Assembly: GCA_035221665.1 (NCBI GenBank)
Contig: CM069143.1
Coordinates: forward strand, 41,354,001 to 41,418,000
Source of the DNA: Okamejei kenojei
Lineage: Eukaryota
Length of the DNA: 64,000 nt
Direction: 5' to 3'
Both the position numbers and the translations under genes were made by a program. The notes beneath the pieces are model-generated. The model ran no database searches, was not told the origin of the DNA, and saw only the letters and a program-made list of their open reading frames with translations. Each line of letters starts with the position of its first letter. The stretch's first letter is position 1. Below are positions 1 through 14,112 of this stretch, piece by piece.

Positions 1-639
1 GATCCTTAATGCAGTGTGGCTGTGACAATGAGAAAGGTTTAATTTCAGCACAGGCAAGATGGAAAACTCGATAGGGAGGGTAGGGCAGAGTGTGCTGTGG
101 GGTGCAAGGGGAAGAGGAGAAAGCGTGGGGAAAGTGAGATGTACAATGAAATATTAGATCTTGAAGCCATTGTAACATGAGTCTGCCCAAGACAGATACT
201 TCTTCCAATATCAAACTCTATAATTCTGCAGAGTCTCTATCAAAACCATTGAAAATGTAAGCCAAATATCCACAATGAACAAATACATGGCATGATTCAG
301 CTCTACTAATGTGGGACCACAATTTGTACATTCAGGCCACTTAATGATTCCTCAGGCATTACAGGTTTTTGTGCTGTAGTGTGCCTTTGTATTTTACATA
401 ACCAATTTAAGTGTTTGTTCATTCATATAAAGCACGGAGATTAATTCAGAAATGACCATTGTTATTTGGTGCCATAAGATGCTTATTTGTGAAGATGTTG
501 TTTTGTTTCCTGACAAAACTTTTTGTGCTTTACCAGAAAAGAAACAATGGTTGCCCCTGGGACAACTTGAAATACGATCCCCTGTAATGCTCCAAAGTGT
601 TTAAAGAGGGACCTTATTGTATGGTTCTTTGTGTGCATT

Positions 640-930
640 GCTAGAGAAAGACTAGAGGGCATAACTATAAGGTGAAAGGGACAAAGTTTAAAGAAGATGT
701 GGGGGCCAGTTTTTTACACAGAAGGTGGTGGGTGCCTGGAACATCTGTCCGGAGTGGTGGTGGAGACAGATATGATGGTGGCATTTAAAAGGCTTTTAGA
801 TGGATATGGAGGGAATGGAGAGATATGGATTATGTGCAGGTAGATCAGATCAGTTTATCTTGGCATCATGTTCGGCGTGGATATTGTGGGTCTAAGGGCT
901 TGTTTTTCTGCTGTACTTTTCTATGTTCTA
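640..930 (+). mobile_element. CR1 LINE 3' fragment (approximate ends)
   Basis: TRGH-type ORF2 tail and CTATGTTCTA terminus. Confidence 0.75.
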
Positions 931-3164
931 ATTCTCGAGAGGGAAAATGTGTGGCAAAGGCTAAGGATGTAACTAAGCTCCGTGGTAATGCATGACCACA
1001 AATCCTTCCTTCACCTCTGTACTTGGTACCCCATCAATATTTGTCCTTTAGAAGCACACTTAAAGAAGGAGACTTGGTCAACACATTGAAGAGTTGGCCA
1101 AGCCGTGGACATGCATCAATTGAATTCCTCAGCGAGGACAAATGGGGAGGCGCGTACATGTGAACAAGCTTAAAACAAAGGTCACAGATATAATCATGAA
1201 TCAAATATACAATGTTTTAGATAGGGATACGGGATGCTCACATATACTGCAAGTTCAGACTTTCTTTATCTGAGACCCTGTTCAAAAAGACTTGAGTTGC
1301 AGTTCATTTAATGTATAGTTCAGATATCATAGGTCTCTTTGTGCTGTGATTGCATCCTGCCTTTTTGTCAGCCTAATTAAAATGTTTATTCATTTTTATC
1401 AGGCAACTTAATCGAGTATAATGTGAACTTTGCTATTCAGAGTTAAAATGTGCTGACCCATGAATTCTTACAATAATGTAGCTAGGTCGGGTGCTATGCA
1501 CTTTGTACCGCTAAGATTCACCTTCTTAACCATTGGTTAGATTCTGAGAAGTAATTTTGTAGTCAGCAGCTACTAAGGTATTTACAACAGTGAGATAAGG
1601 GCCTTGATGTGGAGTCAGCAACTGGATGTGTACTTAACATTGTTCCAGCTCAATAACACTCAAGGCAGGGAGAGGACTTTTGCCATTCCTAGCCGCTCCA
1701 GTTGCATGTTTAAGCATAACAATCGATATTGTGTAATTGAAAATGCATTGCGGAATATCTGCTTCACACTTAGGGGGTAGATTTCGTCCAGTTTGCGTTA
1801 CGTGGTATTGTGTTGCCTGAGTCACATTGATTTTGATTGTTATAAGGTTGTTTTTCATTGCTCAACCTAAATGTACGACATCCAATTAAAATAAAAACAT
1901 AAATAAATGCCTATGATCAAGGCCACTGCCTCAAGATTAAATCCCTGGGCCCATCCATTGTCTCTAAATTATCAGCCTACTTCTCCAAAAGTTCAGTTTG
2001 GCTTTGTTTAGTTTTGGTTAGCTTTCTCGATGTCTTCTTTTATGACATGCTTTCATATTAAGCTTCTTGTAAAGCACCTTGGTGTATCTTACAAGGAAAC
2101 AGGCCCTCTGGCCCCCTGCATATATACCTACATACCTACCACTGATCACCCGTTTGCATTAGTTTTATGTGCTGGTGGTTGGGAGGGGGGTGGGGGGCAA
2201 GAAAGTTAGAAGAGGGGCAGGACAAAGCTTGGCAAGTCCTGGGTGGATTAAGGTGAGGGGATTTTTAATAGGCAGATGGTAGGACAAAGGCCAGAGATGA
2301 AAAGTCAGAAGGTGTGAGACAAAAGGATTGAAGAAATGCAAATTATGGAGCTATAAGAAGGGATGTAGGTGGAAGGGAGGGGGGGGGGTGGGGGAGGAGA
2401 GAAATAGGTGCAAGTCTAAGTGGAGCACAGGGATAGATGATGGGGTGGAAATGAAGTGGGGGAGGGGGGGGAGCACTGGTAGTTACTTAAAATTGGAGAT
2501 TTCAACGTTCATTAGGTTGTAAGCTACCTAATCAGGATGTTATGTGTTTTTTCTACTGTAAAACAGCCACTGCAGTTCCTTATTTCCATATCTTGAGCAA
2601 GCATTTGATCACCTTTCTCAATGTCTTCTTTGATGACATGCTCTCGGATTAAGCTCTGTAAGATTCTTGTGAAGCACCTTGGAATATTTAGAAACCTAAC
2701 AAACCCATATAATGTTTGTTGCATCAAATTCCTTTTTAATAAAACATGGGATTTTGTTATTTCAGGATCACAATCCACAATTTAATTTTTCCTATGATAT
2801 ATTGCTTATAATTCACTTCCTCCCCAGATTATCTCCTTTCAGCACCAGCTAAATTGTATGTGTGAATTTAGATGGTTAATGACTGTAATGGCTGAATTAC
2901 AGATGGGAGAGAAACAGAACTGCTTGCAGGATTCAACAGTGTCAAACCAAGGAGCCACAGTAAGATAAGAGTCAAAAGGTCAATAGGAGTAAAAAATTCT
3001 CCTGACATGAACATTAATGGCTGCCACATTGGCATGCACAAAAGGACCTTCTCTGGCCAGTATCCAATTGCTTAATAAATTATATGTGATGCTTGGTGTT
3101 TATAAATAGAGGCAACCTATGTTGAATTTCGCCTTACTGACATTCTGCTATTCTCTCAACGATC

Positions 3165-3450
3165 AGGCAGCACGGTGATGTAGCGATAGAATCTAAGAGA
3201 ACCGTGTTTGATCCTGATTACGGGTGCTGTATGTACGGAGTTTGTACATTCCCTCCTTGACCTGCGTGGGTTTTCTATGGTTTCCTTCTACACTCCAAAG
3301 ACATATAGGTTTGTAGGTTAAATGGCTTGGTAAAATTGTAAATTGTCCCTAGTGGGTGTAGTAGGGTGCGAGTGTGTGGGAATCGCTGTTCGGCATGGTC
3401 TCGGTGGGCCGAAGGGCCTGTTTGCACGCTGTATTTCTAAACTAAACTAA
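3165..3450 (+). mobile_element. HE1-like shark SINE (other copies near 9668-9985 -, 18500-18750 +, 38165-38466 -, 52697-52970 +)
   Basis: tRNA-like head, GGAGTTTGTAC...CTCCAAAGAC core, (CTAAA)n tail. Confidence 0.8.
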
Positions 3451-4291
3451 TCGAAACAGTCAGTTCCCAAAATCTTTCTACTGTTTACAAGGCACAAATC
3501 AGAAGTGTATGAAATGCTCACCAATTTTCTGGAGAGGTGCAGATACAATGACACTCAAGAACACCAACACCAATGAGGGCAGATTTTACCTGATGCTCAA
3601 CTTGCATGACCATCCCCATCAGCTATCTCTGGCTGTAACAAGTCAGACCCAGCATATTCACTCAAACCACATTTTGGCAGTGGACAACATTAACTTGTTA
3701 ATTTTGTATCATGTTATACTTAAGTTCAATGGGCAGTACCTTTCTGACCTTGTTTTTCTGCTAGCAGAAGGTTATCGCTGATGTTATTGATGCTAAAGAT
3801 AATTTCATGCAGGCGCTTTTGGTATTTTAATCTCCACATAGAAAACATTTTGCAAATGAATGCCAAAGTTGAAACTGGTGTGGCAAGTGCTAAATAAAGG
3901 AAGAACAAATCTGTAAAATTTCTAAAGCCAGATTATGGAATTTATATGTATATCATCTACAATTTAAAGTAAATGTAGCCTATTTTTCTCATATTTTTAT
4001 ACACACAATTTTTTTTTCTGACCCAGTATAAACAAGTACACACAAAGTCATTGTTTGTGGTTCCTGGAAAGCAGAAAGATCTTTGACAGTGTAGATATAA
4101 TGGATTATACACTCCCATTGAACCTTGGGTAATATGGCTGTCTGGTTAGTGACATGTACAATATATAAAGGAGACCTAGCTAAGAACACAATGGTCTGAA
4201 AGAGAATTTGTATCAACAGCTCTGAAATCAATCCAATCCAGTCCAGATTACTTAAATGTTTCAAATATAACAACACGTGGAGAATTGGTAA

Positions 4292-4601
4292 AGCCCCTGT
4301 CCCACTTTCCCGAGTTACTCACGAATTCTCCCGAGTTTTCGCCTTGATTCAAACTCGGAGAATTTTGGTAATAGCTAGCTATTACTCGGGGTTATTTTTT
4401 TTACTCGTGGACATTTTTCAACATCCCTGAAATAACATCCCGACTTATCTGATGACCCTACAGCTGGCATTGCGAGCCGCTACGGACTCCTATGGACTCG
4501 CTATGGACTCATACGGACTCGCTACGGACATTCTCCGAGTTTGAATCAAGGGGAAAACTCAGGAGAATTTGTGAGTAACTCGGGAAAGTGGGACAAGGGC
4601 T
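4292..4601. mobile_element. PIF/Harbinger-type MITE
   Basis: About 75-bp TIRs AGCCCCTGTCCCACTTTCCCGAG, TAA TSD, internal GCTACGGACTC tandem repeats. Confidence 0.85.
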
Positions 4602-5049
4602 TAACTGTGCTAAATATCGTTGAAGTTAGGAGATGGTTATAACATTTGTCACTCTCACCGATAAAGGCTGTGCAATTTAGTGTTGTACCTCAACAAAGTC
4701 AATCCTGAAGAATGATCAGTTTCTACCGATGGTAGAAATGAGAAGTTCAGGTAGGTACTTTCACAGGAAAATGGGTGGCTAGAGCAGCTGTCTTTTGCTT
4801 GTGGTGTCTGGATTCAATGCCAGCACAAACTGAGACGATCTGTCCTCTCAGCCTATTCTGCTACTGATGGCTACAGTTGGGCGAGCCTTAAATGATAAAT
4901 GTGTTCATATTTGTTGCACTTTGGTACTAACCTGTCAAATTTACAAAGAGCAAAATTGCGCTGCTGCAGTAGGAGATGCACTGCTCAAGTGGAACCTGGT
5001 GCACATGACTGGGACTGAGCAGAAGGCTGTGAAAATGATGATGGGACTT

Positions 5050-5172
5050 TAACCTATGTTTGATTCTGTTCCCTCTCAAAATGATATGTCTAACTAGACC
5101 GTGGTCTTCCTCTGAGAACACAGTCTAGTTAGACACATCATTTTGAGAGGAAACGGAATCAAACATAGGTTA
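5050..5172. mobile_element. Short palindromic MITE
   Basis: About 50-bp inverted arms TAACCTATGTTTGATTC...GAATCAAACATAGGTTA. Confidence 0.7.
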
Positions 5173-6565
5173 TAAAAACAAAGTGAAGAGTACCAATCAT
5201 CACTGGATATGAATTCATAAGTTCTAGGTGCAGAATTAGGCCATTCGGCCCATCACGTCTACTCTGGCTCAATCATGGCTGATATATCTTTCCCTCTCAA
5301 CCCCATTCTCCCTTCTCCCCATAACCCGTACTAATCAATAATCTGTCAATCTCCACCTTAAAAGTATCCATTGACTTGGCCTCCACAGCCGTCAGTGGCA
5401 ATGGATTCGCCACCGTCTGACTAAAGAAATTCCTCCTCATCTCCTTTCTAAAGATATGCCCTGTTATTCTGATGCTATGGCCTCTGGTCCTTACCTGTTC
5501 AAGGAGCTGGGATAAGCATGAGTAACCGAGGATTATTTGAGATCATGGACCTGGGGTTTACACTTTTAATTATTTCTGGTAAATAGCCCGTGTGTGTCCA
5601 TTAATATCAATTAGGTGCCCTGTGGACTCTGCATGTTGAAGCAGAGTTTTGCTTCCTGCGTACTGCAGAGTGCTGACGTGTTAGATTACCATTTAATACT
5701 GCAGTAAACCTTTAAAACTGGTTTCAACTGAGAGTCCCAGCCCAGCTTATTTTGCAATGCAGTCATATCCATGTGGAATAACTGCTACAGAGTTGCAATT
5801 AATAATATTATACCATAAACTAACCTCCTGCTTCTGTTCCTCAGCTGAAATGACAGAATGTTGAAATTGTTTTTGACAATTTAAACCATTGGTATGATAG
5901 GGTGATATTTGTTTTATTTAACTGTACTAATACCACCTTTTAAATATCTTCTTAGTAAGCCTTTATTTCAGTTTTTATCATATATTGCAACACCCACATC
6001 AAGGAACCGACAACTTCTTCAAACAGAAGGTGAAATAATAGAGGGTGCTTTCTATTAGCTAATTGTTATTTCTTTTATAGGAACCAATATACCACAATTA
6101 TTCCATATATTTTATTCCTCTCCCAGCAAGATATTTTCCCTCTCTTTTAAAGGCATTGATACATTAAATCACGTTCTGCCATACTGTACCTCACTACTGT
6201 ACCTCAACATGTCATATTCCTTGATACCTGACCAGATACAAGTTTATAGGGCTATCTTGAAAATTTCAAATGACGTTTGACAGATATGATTCCAGATTCC
6301 CACTATCCTATTCATGTGCGTGCACGCGTGTGTGTGTCTAAATCTTTATACTGCATTTCAAATTAATCTGCTGGATGAAATTCTGTCCAAAACCAGTAAT
6401 TAGCTTGGTCACACCTCCCAGGATTCACCTTTCCTGATAAGTTACTGGGCACCACTTTGTTGCTAGATCTCTGATCATGTAACATTATTCTTCAGAAAAT
6501 TGTATCTGATTTTTAAAAAAAACAGTTTCTCTCAGAGGGAAATTTAGTGATGACCATCTCCAGGC

Positions 6566-6713
6566 TCTTTTCTTCGTCTTCTTCTTTCGTGTGGTGTGCA
6601 CAGCCTAAAATTGTAGGACAACTTGTTCTATTTGATCTTTCGTTTGTGCACGTCGAGTTGATTGCATTAGTCGAAACAGGGCGGACCACGTAAAGGTTGC
6701 AATCTTCCACCCC
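6566..6713 (-). mobile_element. Short SINE or LINE 3' end with (GAA)n tail
   Basis: GGGGTGGAAGATTGCAACC start and GAA-repeat tail on the minus strand. Confidence 0.55.
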
Positions 6714-8548
6714 AAGGCTGGTTTCTGTTACTCTGGAAATTCAACCAGATATTTCAACCTTGCTTACGATTAATTCATGCCACATGCAATGCCCCTATGG
6801 AGCACTGCAGGGAAGATGTTTTCAAGTTGTCACAGGAGCACTCACTGTGGACATTTGTGGGAATGTTATGGTCTGTAGAATGGCACTGTGATGCAGCCAA
6901 TAGAGATAGTGTATCATTGCTGTAGGACTTTCAGCCCTGATCTCTTGTGATGTCTGTGTAGAGTTTCAATATTCTACCTATGTCAATATGGTTTACCCCA
7001 AGGGCTATTGCACCATAAATTATCTTAGTGGATGGTGGAATCATGAGGGAGTCGATGGGACTGTTGTGAGAATAGGTCCCTGGGTAAATTATTCTGGTAA
7101 TGGGTTGCATAATGATCCAGCATAGACAAGGATTGGGTGGCCTCTTTCTACATTATATGGAAACATAGAAATTCATGTTACAAAGCTGGATTTGCTTCAT
7201 CCAACGCCGCTCCCCTCTTTCCACAGCAACAGCACAGCTCCAACACCTACACCCCAATTCCCCCAACTCCTGGGACTTGGGGTTGAGATGAACGACTAGA
7301 TGTTCTCTCCCCCACCCAGCCTCATATCTGATCCCAACTTGCTTGCAGACCAGTCCCACCGCCTACCCCAGTCCTATTTGCTGACCTTTTCCCCAATCTG
7401 CCTCAATCTGGCTTAGATTTCTCAATGGGCATTAGTGTGAAAACAGCAGGTATATTGGGAAGTAATGTAAGTTCTCCTCCATGCCTGGTAAAGAGACATC
7501 ATTGAACATCTTGCAAGTCATGAGGTTGTAAATCTACATATTTCCAAGTGTCAGAAATGTGTTAATCCAAAGCAGAAGTAAAATGCGTCATCTTAACATC
7601 ATCATAGATGGCCATTGAAAGTCATAGCTGTGAGGAAACCATATACTGGCACATGCAGGAAACTATCACACAAGTGACTATTTTAACCATTGCACGAGCG
7701 TTGCTTTCTTTGTAACTGAATCAAAGCAACACACTGGATTCACATTTAGCAAGTGAGGAAAACTTCAACCCTCATTTTAAAGATCAGTATTTTCTGAGTC
7801 TGTGCATTAGTATGTTATAGGTCTTTTCTTTTGTAATTTATAATTGTAATTAATTTATTAGCCAAGTATGTAAAAACATACAAGGAATTTAATTTGCTTT
7901 ATGGTCATATCAAAAAAACACAACTCCATAAAAATTAACATGAACATCCACTACAGCACACTGTGATGGAAGGCAATAACGTATTATTTTCTTTTTTCCC
8001 CACGGTCGGGGCAGTCAAACCATCTGCAGTCAGAGCGATCAAGACTCCCGCAGCCGGAGATCGAAGCTCCCGCGATCGGGGCAACTGTCAAAGTTCCTGC
8101 GGTTGGAGCTCCCGAAGGCGACCCCCAGCAAAGGGACCGCCAGCTCCACGATGTTAGGCCGTAGTGCAGATGGAGATACGATACGGAAAAAGTCGCATCT
8201 CCGTTGAGGAAAGAGATTTTAAAAGTTTCCCCACCCCACCCTCCACATAATACAAAACTAAAGATACACTAAAACATACATTTAACAACAGACTAAAAAC
8301 AACAAAAGAAGAAAAAGACGAGACAGACTAGTTGGCTGCAGCAATACGGTCAGGTTCCATGGAGTTTATTGCTGCGTGGTGGGTGCCCCATTGTAGGTGC
8401 TGCTCAACTGGCCAATACCAAAGTATATGTCAGAGCTAGAGGAGGTGCAGCTGCTGAACTGTCAGTGTGGATGTGATCAGCGCACGTACGATAACACAGC
8501 AAAGTAATGTTTCTTTAATGAATTATGTCTTTTTTTGGTTCTTTTCAG

Positions 8549-8623
8549 TTATTTGAGAAGATCGACAATACAATGGCATCAAACATCAACCACTTTCTGA
8601 GTAATGGAGTGCACAATAAAGAG
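8549..8623 (+). CDS. MPP1: Putative upstream MPP1 exon (LFEKIDNTMASNINHFLSNGVHNKE), CASK L27-linker-like; may carry the start codon at 8573
   Basis: Polypyrimidine tract and cag acceptor; 75 nt open in phase 0; ACAATGG Kozak context; ends GAG|gt in frame with the next exon; resembles CASK [26 protein letters not shown]; donor gttttt is weak. Confidence 0.6.
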
Positions 8624-11219
8624 GTTTTTACATTTCACTGAAGACTTTATCACAAATCATGTGGTTTACCTGACAATGCCTGGTGTTCTGTCTGCTCAGC
8701 ACCATTAGTTTGTATGTTCACAAGCTCTTTGAAATGAGTTGATTCCAGACAACAGTAGGTGGGCCATGGAAATTGAATTTGGCACCCATATGTTAATGAG
8801 AGGCAATGTATCCAAGGGTAGGGGCTAACTTTAATCTAACCCGTCAGCAGGAAGAAAGATGAGATCAGTTCAACTACACATTTTACCCTTTTCCCATTCT
8901 ATTTTGATGGATTGTAGAATTGAGTAGCATTTAAAATGTGTGAGTAATACAACTTCCAAATTGTCCAATGAAGCAAGTTATGTTTAAATATCTGCCCTGG
9001 CTTCCACTCCAGGTTCAGTGTTTGTTGCTGAACCACAATTTAAGGTGTTTCTTCACGGAAGCCTGAAGCATAGTTGTTTCACACCCAGAGTCTGGATGGT
9101 TTGAGGGTGCCGTTACTGCCTTCCTAATGCAGGCTATCAGACTGTCATGTAAACCACAGGCAGCAAACTAAATCCAAATCAAAAATATTCTTACACTCTA
9201 ATGGAACTTGATTCTGATCAGCTTACAATATTACTGTTACTTGGACACAAAACTTGGAGAAGAAATCTGACCTCACTAGACAGTGATGGCTTGATAATCA
9301 GACTCTTAGGAAGCCCAGGCAAAACAAGCTCTTTTCTCTGACAAAATAAACTCACTGAAACATACAGGCTTTCGACTAAATATTTGATCTAATTATTTCC
9401 ACTCGCAAGTAAAGGTAGAATGTTTCCCAATTGTTCTTAAGTACCCACTGGCTTATTGGGAAAATGTACAGCTAAATATGTAATGCAAATGTAAGACTGG
9501 GCTGGTTTCAGTTCAGACAAAAGCTGGGGCATTTCAGCTGAAAGAGTAATTGGATACTTCAGTTGGCTTCAGTCTTGCTGGGGTGGTGTTGGGAGTAATT
9601 AAATGGTTTGGAGGCAGAGGGTGGATAATGGTGTAGTCAGCTAATGAATGAAGGCTGCAACACATTTTTAGTTTAGAGATACAAAATGAAAACAGGCCCT
9701 TTGGCCAACCGAATCCATGGCAACCATTGATGACCTGTTCACACCCGTTCTATGTCATGCCACTTACTCATCCACTCATTTACACACCAGGGGCAATTTA
9801 CAGAGGGCAATTAACCTGCAAAACCTTCTTTGGGATGTGGGGGGAAGCCGGATTACCTGGAGAAAACCCACATGGTCACAGGGAGAACGTGCAAACTCCA
9901 CATAGACAGCACAGAAGGTCAGGATCGAACCCGGGTCTCTGGTGCTGTGAGGCAGCAGCTCTTCCCAGCTGAGTCACTGTGCCAGCCTTGTACACTAATG
10001 GAGTTTGGGATTACCTCCAGCCCGACACGTCTGCCTAAGTAAATCCCAGTAAGTATCAAGAAAAAGAATAGAAAAAAAGAGGGTTTTGTAAAAATCAATA
10101 ATTTGTGGAAAGAAGCTAAAATCTCTTCATTCAATTTAAACCTGAAAACTCATTGTGGTCATTTAATAAATGTTGAAGTGCCCGTGATCAAACTTTACTT
10201 CGGTACTGGGGCTTCTCTCATTCAGAGATAGTCAGAGTAACGAGCCACCCTGTCAAGTTAACATTAACAATAATCTGCATGAAGCTCTGATTTTGATGGC
10301 CGCACTATTTGTTGACTGACTGTTGGCCTGCGGACTTTGGGAAGTTGTGACAGTGCTCTGGTTGTACCTCTGGAGTGCCTTGGCAGGTCATTCGCTGAAT
10401 CTTTATTATGTGCTGATTTGAAAAAGAAAGTCTAACAAAAATCATGTGAATTTTTCACTCTTCGAGTAAAGTTCGTGAATATCTACATTGCACCAATGTA
10501 AAGTGTAATACTTCCTGAAGATGCAGTGATGCCTGGCATGTGAAGCTACAGAAAAAGTTTGACTCTAATGGGCAGCACTGCTACATGCTATCTGCAGTGT
10601 TTTATACATCTCGCTGAATATAATACTAGAATATTTTCACATCCTGATATTAAAACCAAAGGCTTCACATGTTATTGATATTCCATTGTCAGTGGAAGTA
10701 CCCAAACATGTAAAATAAATGTGTTAATGCTGCTGTAATGCAGAATACCGATGAATGTCACATAAATACACACAGTTTTTCTACTGATATCCTCGACATT
10801 TATTTCTGAAGCTTGATGTTCCTTGAAGTCGTTATTTGATGTAATTTGAGTTAAGCAGACAGTGGCTTCAAAATTGTACCCGAATTTGAGATCAAGGTTA
10901 CCTCATAGGGAAGATCTACAAGGAAGGGGAAGAAGATCTTGGCTCTGCTTGCTCATTTTATCAGAGTGATTTCCAGATCTAGGAGTGATTCCCCAGAATC
11001 ACTGCACCTGCCCAACGTATGCTGGTCTCAGTCCATGTATAAAATTAAATCAGATTGCATCCTTTTAATCAAGGATACCTGAAAAATGTCCTCAGGATTA
11101 TATCAATTGCCAAACCATCCTCGTTTGAGCGAGGCTCAAGTATCCAGTATGTAGTAAAGGGCAAGTAGTTTGTGAAAAAAAAAAGTGTTAAAGAAGGAAC
11201 TGCAGATGCTGGAGAATCG

Positions 11220-11409
11220 AGGGTACACAAAAGGCTGGAGAAACTCAGCGGATGCAGCAGCATCTAAGCACAAAAGGCTGGATAAGAAGAAGCATCTAAG
11301 CACAAAAGGCTGGGTCTGAAGAAGGGTCTCGACCCGAAACGTCGCCTATCTCCTTCGCTCCTTAGATGCTGCTGCACCCGCTGAGTTTCTCCAGCCTTTT
11401 GTGTACCCT
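11220..11409. repeat. Penelope-derived palindromic element containing a hammerhead motif
   Basis: 49-bp inverted arms (1 mismatch) flanking CTGAAGA-AGGGTCTCGACCC-GAAACGTC. Confidence 0.75.
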
Positions 11410-11976
11410 GTGAAGAAAAAAAATCAGTTTGAAGTTGAAAATTTGTTTATAATTCATTTAGATTCTACAGACAATATTTTTCCCATTACAGTACTTTTAA
11501 GATCAATAAGTGCAGTTAAGAAGGAATGGGTTTTCACAACACATACATAATGAGGACAGACGCACAGAATAAAGTTGATGAACAATGTAATTTCAGTGAT
11601 GCATGGTAAATATGAAGCATTGCACATATTACAAATTGATCAGAATTAGCTGCATCTCATCTGCTAATAAACTCACCATCCTTTAGCATGTGTCTGCCAA
11701 CATTCACATTTACAATAACTGAATACAACGATGCAGTCAAGTTACAACTTGAACAAAAACAAAACTGCTCCAGGCACATTTGGAGAGAGGAGTGTACCCT
11801 AGAGAAAAAAGTAACCTGTTGTGTTTCAGTGGATTTTGTCCAGGAAAAATAGGTAATACATTTTAGTCTGGTTGACTTCATCATTTTCCTATTTGGGAGA
11901 AAACAAGACACATTTGCCACGTTAGAGCCTAGTTTTATTGTTATTTTTGTCTAACTTATTTATGTCTTATTCCTAG

Positions 11977-12135
11977 AGTTACATGCTGACCTGTGCTGGT
12001 GCTGCCCAGGAAGTCTACAGTAATGGCAGTACCAACTCTTCCCCTTACATGAATGGTAACAGTAAAGAACACGAGGTGCATAACATGAAGAAAATCCAAA
12101 TGATTACCTTCCAGAAAAGTACAAATGAACCCATG
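11977..12135 (+). CDS. MPP1: MPP1 exon (SYMLT...FQKSTNEPM), start of PDZ
   Basis: tag acceptor, ATG|gtatgt donor; matches MPP1/CASK 'FEKVTEEPM/FQKNTDEPM'. Confidence 0.9.
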
Positions 12136-14112
12136 GTATGTCAACTTTCTGGGAAGAAAACTATTTGTACTCCTCTTGCAAAAAAAAGCTTCTAAATCTC
12201 ACCCAGCATTTTATACAAACGGAAATAAACACTCATTGTGCTTTCAGATTTTGTCTAAGTTTATTGTGGATGCTCCAAACTCCTTGCAATTTGCTTCAGA
12301 ACCAATCTGTTCAACCCCCAACATCTATTCCTGGTTTAGCAGCAGATCCCAACTCCTTCCTGCTTCACCTTACAATGCGTTTTGACCTGTTTGACCAAGG
12401 GCTGAGCTTCCAATTCACATCCTATCTGCTACTGTGATTATCTATCTATCTTCAGTGCCAAAGCATAATTTTCTACAGCTTTTACCTCCTGCTAAAAATA
12501 ACAACCATTCCTTCTTACACTTCCAGTTCCAACTTACACTTATCTGCTGCGTAGCTGGTTCAACTTTTGCCTTCCTCTGAAAATATTTACTTGCAGATCA
12601 TGATCGTGGGACTGTGCAAGGTGCTTTACATTAATTAATTAATTCTCGCTTTTAACTCTAACACATTCAGAACAAGACATTCATATTCTCTTTCACTATC
12701 CAACTAGGTAACTTCCATTGATTACTGCTACCCAGCTCATTATTTTCTAAATCCTGCCTCTTCTCATTAGTCCTTCCACAGAGTCTGCCCTCTTAACCTT
12801 TGTCGTTTCCTTTAGATTGCAATTTAGCCATTCCATCTGTTTTTTCAGCTCTAGTGCAATTCTTTCCACTCTGCAATTTACACAATCTTATGCCGATATT
12901 CTGGAATTTCCTCCTTAAATTCCTATAATTTCAAAATGTTCCTAAAATATGCTTCTCTGGCATAGCTTTTAACCCCTTCCCTAATCATTGCAACCGTGGT
13001 TCATCTTCACTCAAATGTGCTATGTTAGGGATTTGATGTAAATAGAATTGTTAAGAAGTTCAACAAAATAATTGAGATACAAGGAACTGTGGATGCACAA
13101 ATCCGGAGCAAAGCACAATGTGTTGGAGTAACTCTGTGAGTTAGGCAGCATCTGTGGAGAAAATGGTGGATGATGTTTCAGTTTGGGACCCTTCTTCAGG
13201 CTCAAAATAATTGTGATGGTTTTGCCCGGGGTTGGTGAAAGCATTAGTAGGTATACACAAGCTTAATATTAGTGTACATATTAGGCAAATTGTGACAATA
13301 TGCAACATGATTTGTCATCAGCATTACCAAAATAGTTCTTCAATCAGAGCCTTCATCAATTCTGCACAACTGATAATCATCAGCAACAAACTCACCCAGA
13401 GGATTAATACTGAAAGAGGAAGGGAGGAGACGATTTAGTCTCTTTCCTAGATGTCGCTAAATAATTCACTTGTTAACAACAGTAATTCTTGTAACCCAGT
13501 CACACAACTCTCCCTCTCTCTGTAACTATTCATTTACTTGGCCACTGAGCAGAAAGAAAATGCATCAAAAAAAATCCAGTACAAATTTAGATATGGAAAC
13601 ATGCCAAATAGCTCATTATCATCAGGCTGGCTGCAACTCAGTTGGGTACATTTGGTGCATTTGTATCTCTACCATCCTAATAATGGTAAATAATCCATTG
13701 TCAATAATGGCAGCAAGTAGCTTCACATGCAAATAATGGCAGCATGTAGGTTCAAACAAGCAGCCACTTCCCATCCCTTCCAGTTAGCAGCATCCAGCTG
13801 CCCCTACCAATGCTCCCCATCACCTTGGCAGCGGGACCGAAGTGGCACGTTCTGCAATCAATTGGTGATGTGGCTTTCATGGCTGACCGGCTGTAAGTGC
13901 ATCACAAGTTGTGAGATTCATGCCCGACCTCTGGGCAGTGCCCAGTGTGTTGGTGTGGTGAAACTTGTGAATGTAAAATAGGTAGAGTGTGGTGAACTGC
14001 GCTGTGTTTGAGCTAGAACTAAGGTGCATTTGATAGAAAATGGAATTGGAAGTTATATTCTACATTTGAGATTTTGCTGATTCATACATGTGTAATCTCT
14101 TTGCATCTACAG

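Noticed and set aside
3548-3781. ORF beginning MTLK and later LSDL, resembling canonical MPP1 exon 1
   Set aside because: Spacing does not match, LYLEHLL is absent and there is no convincing phase-0 donor; probably chance, though 5' RACE could test it
4948-5052. Faint resemblance (AVGDALL...VHMTGTEQK) to the first CASK L27 exon
   Set aside because: Similarity is too weak, there is no clear acceptor, and the frame ends at a MITE
10598-10670. RIFSHP peptide as possible homologue of CASK 'KRILTQPHF' exon
   Set aside because: Poor splice sites and incompatible length or phase
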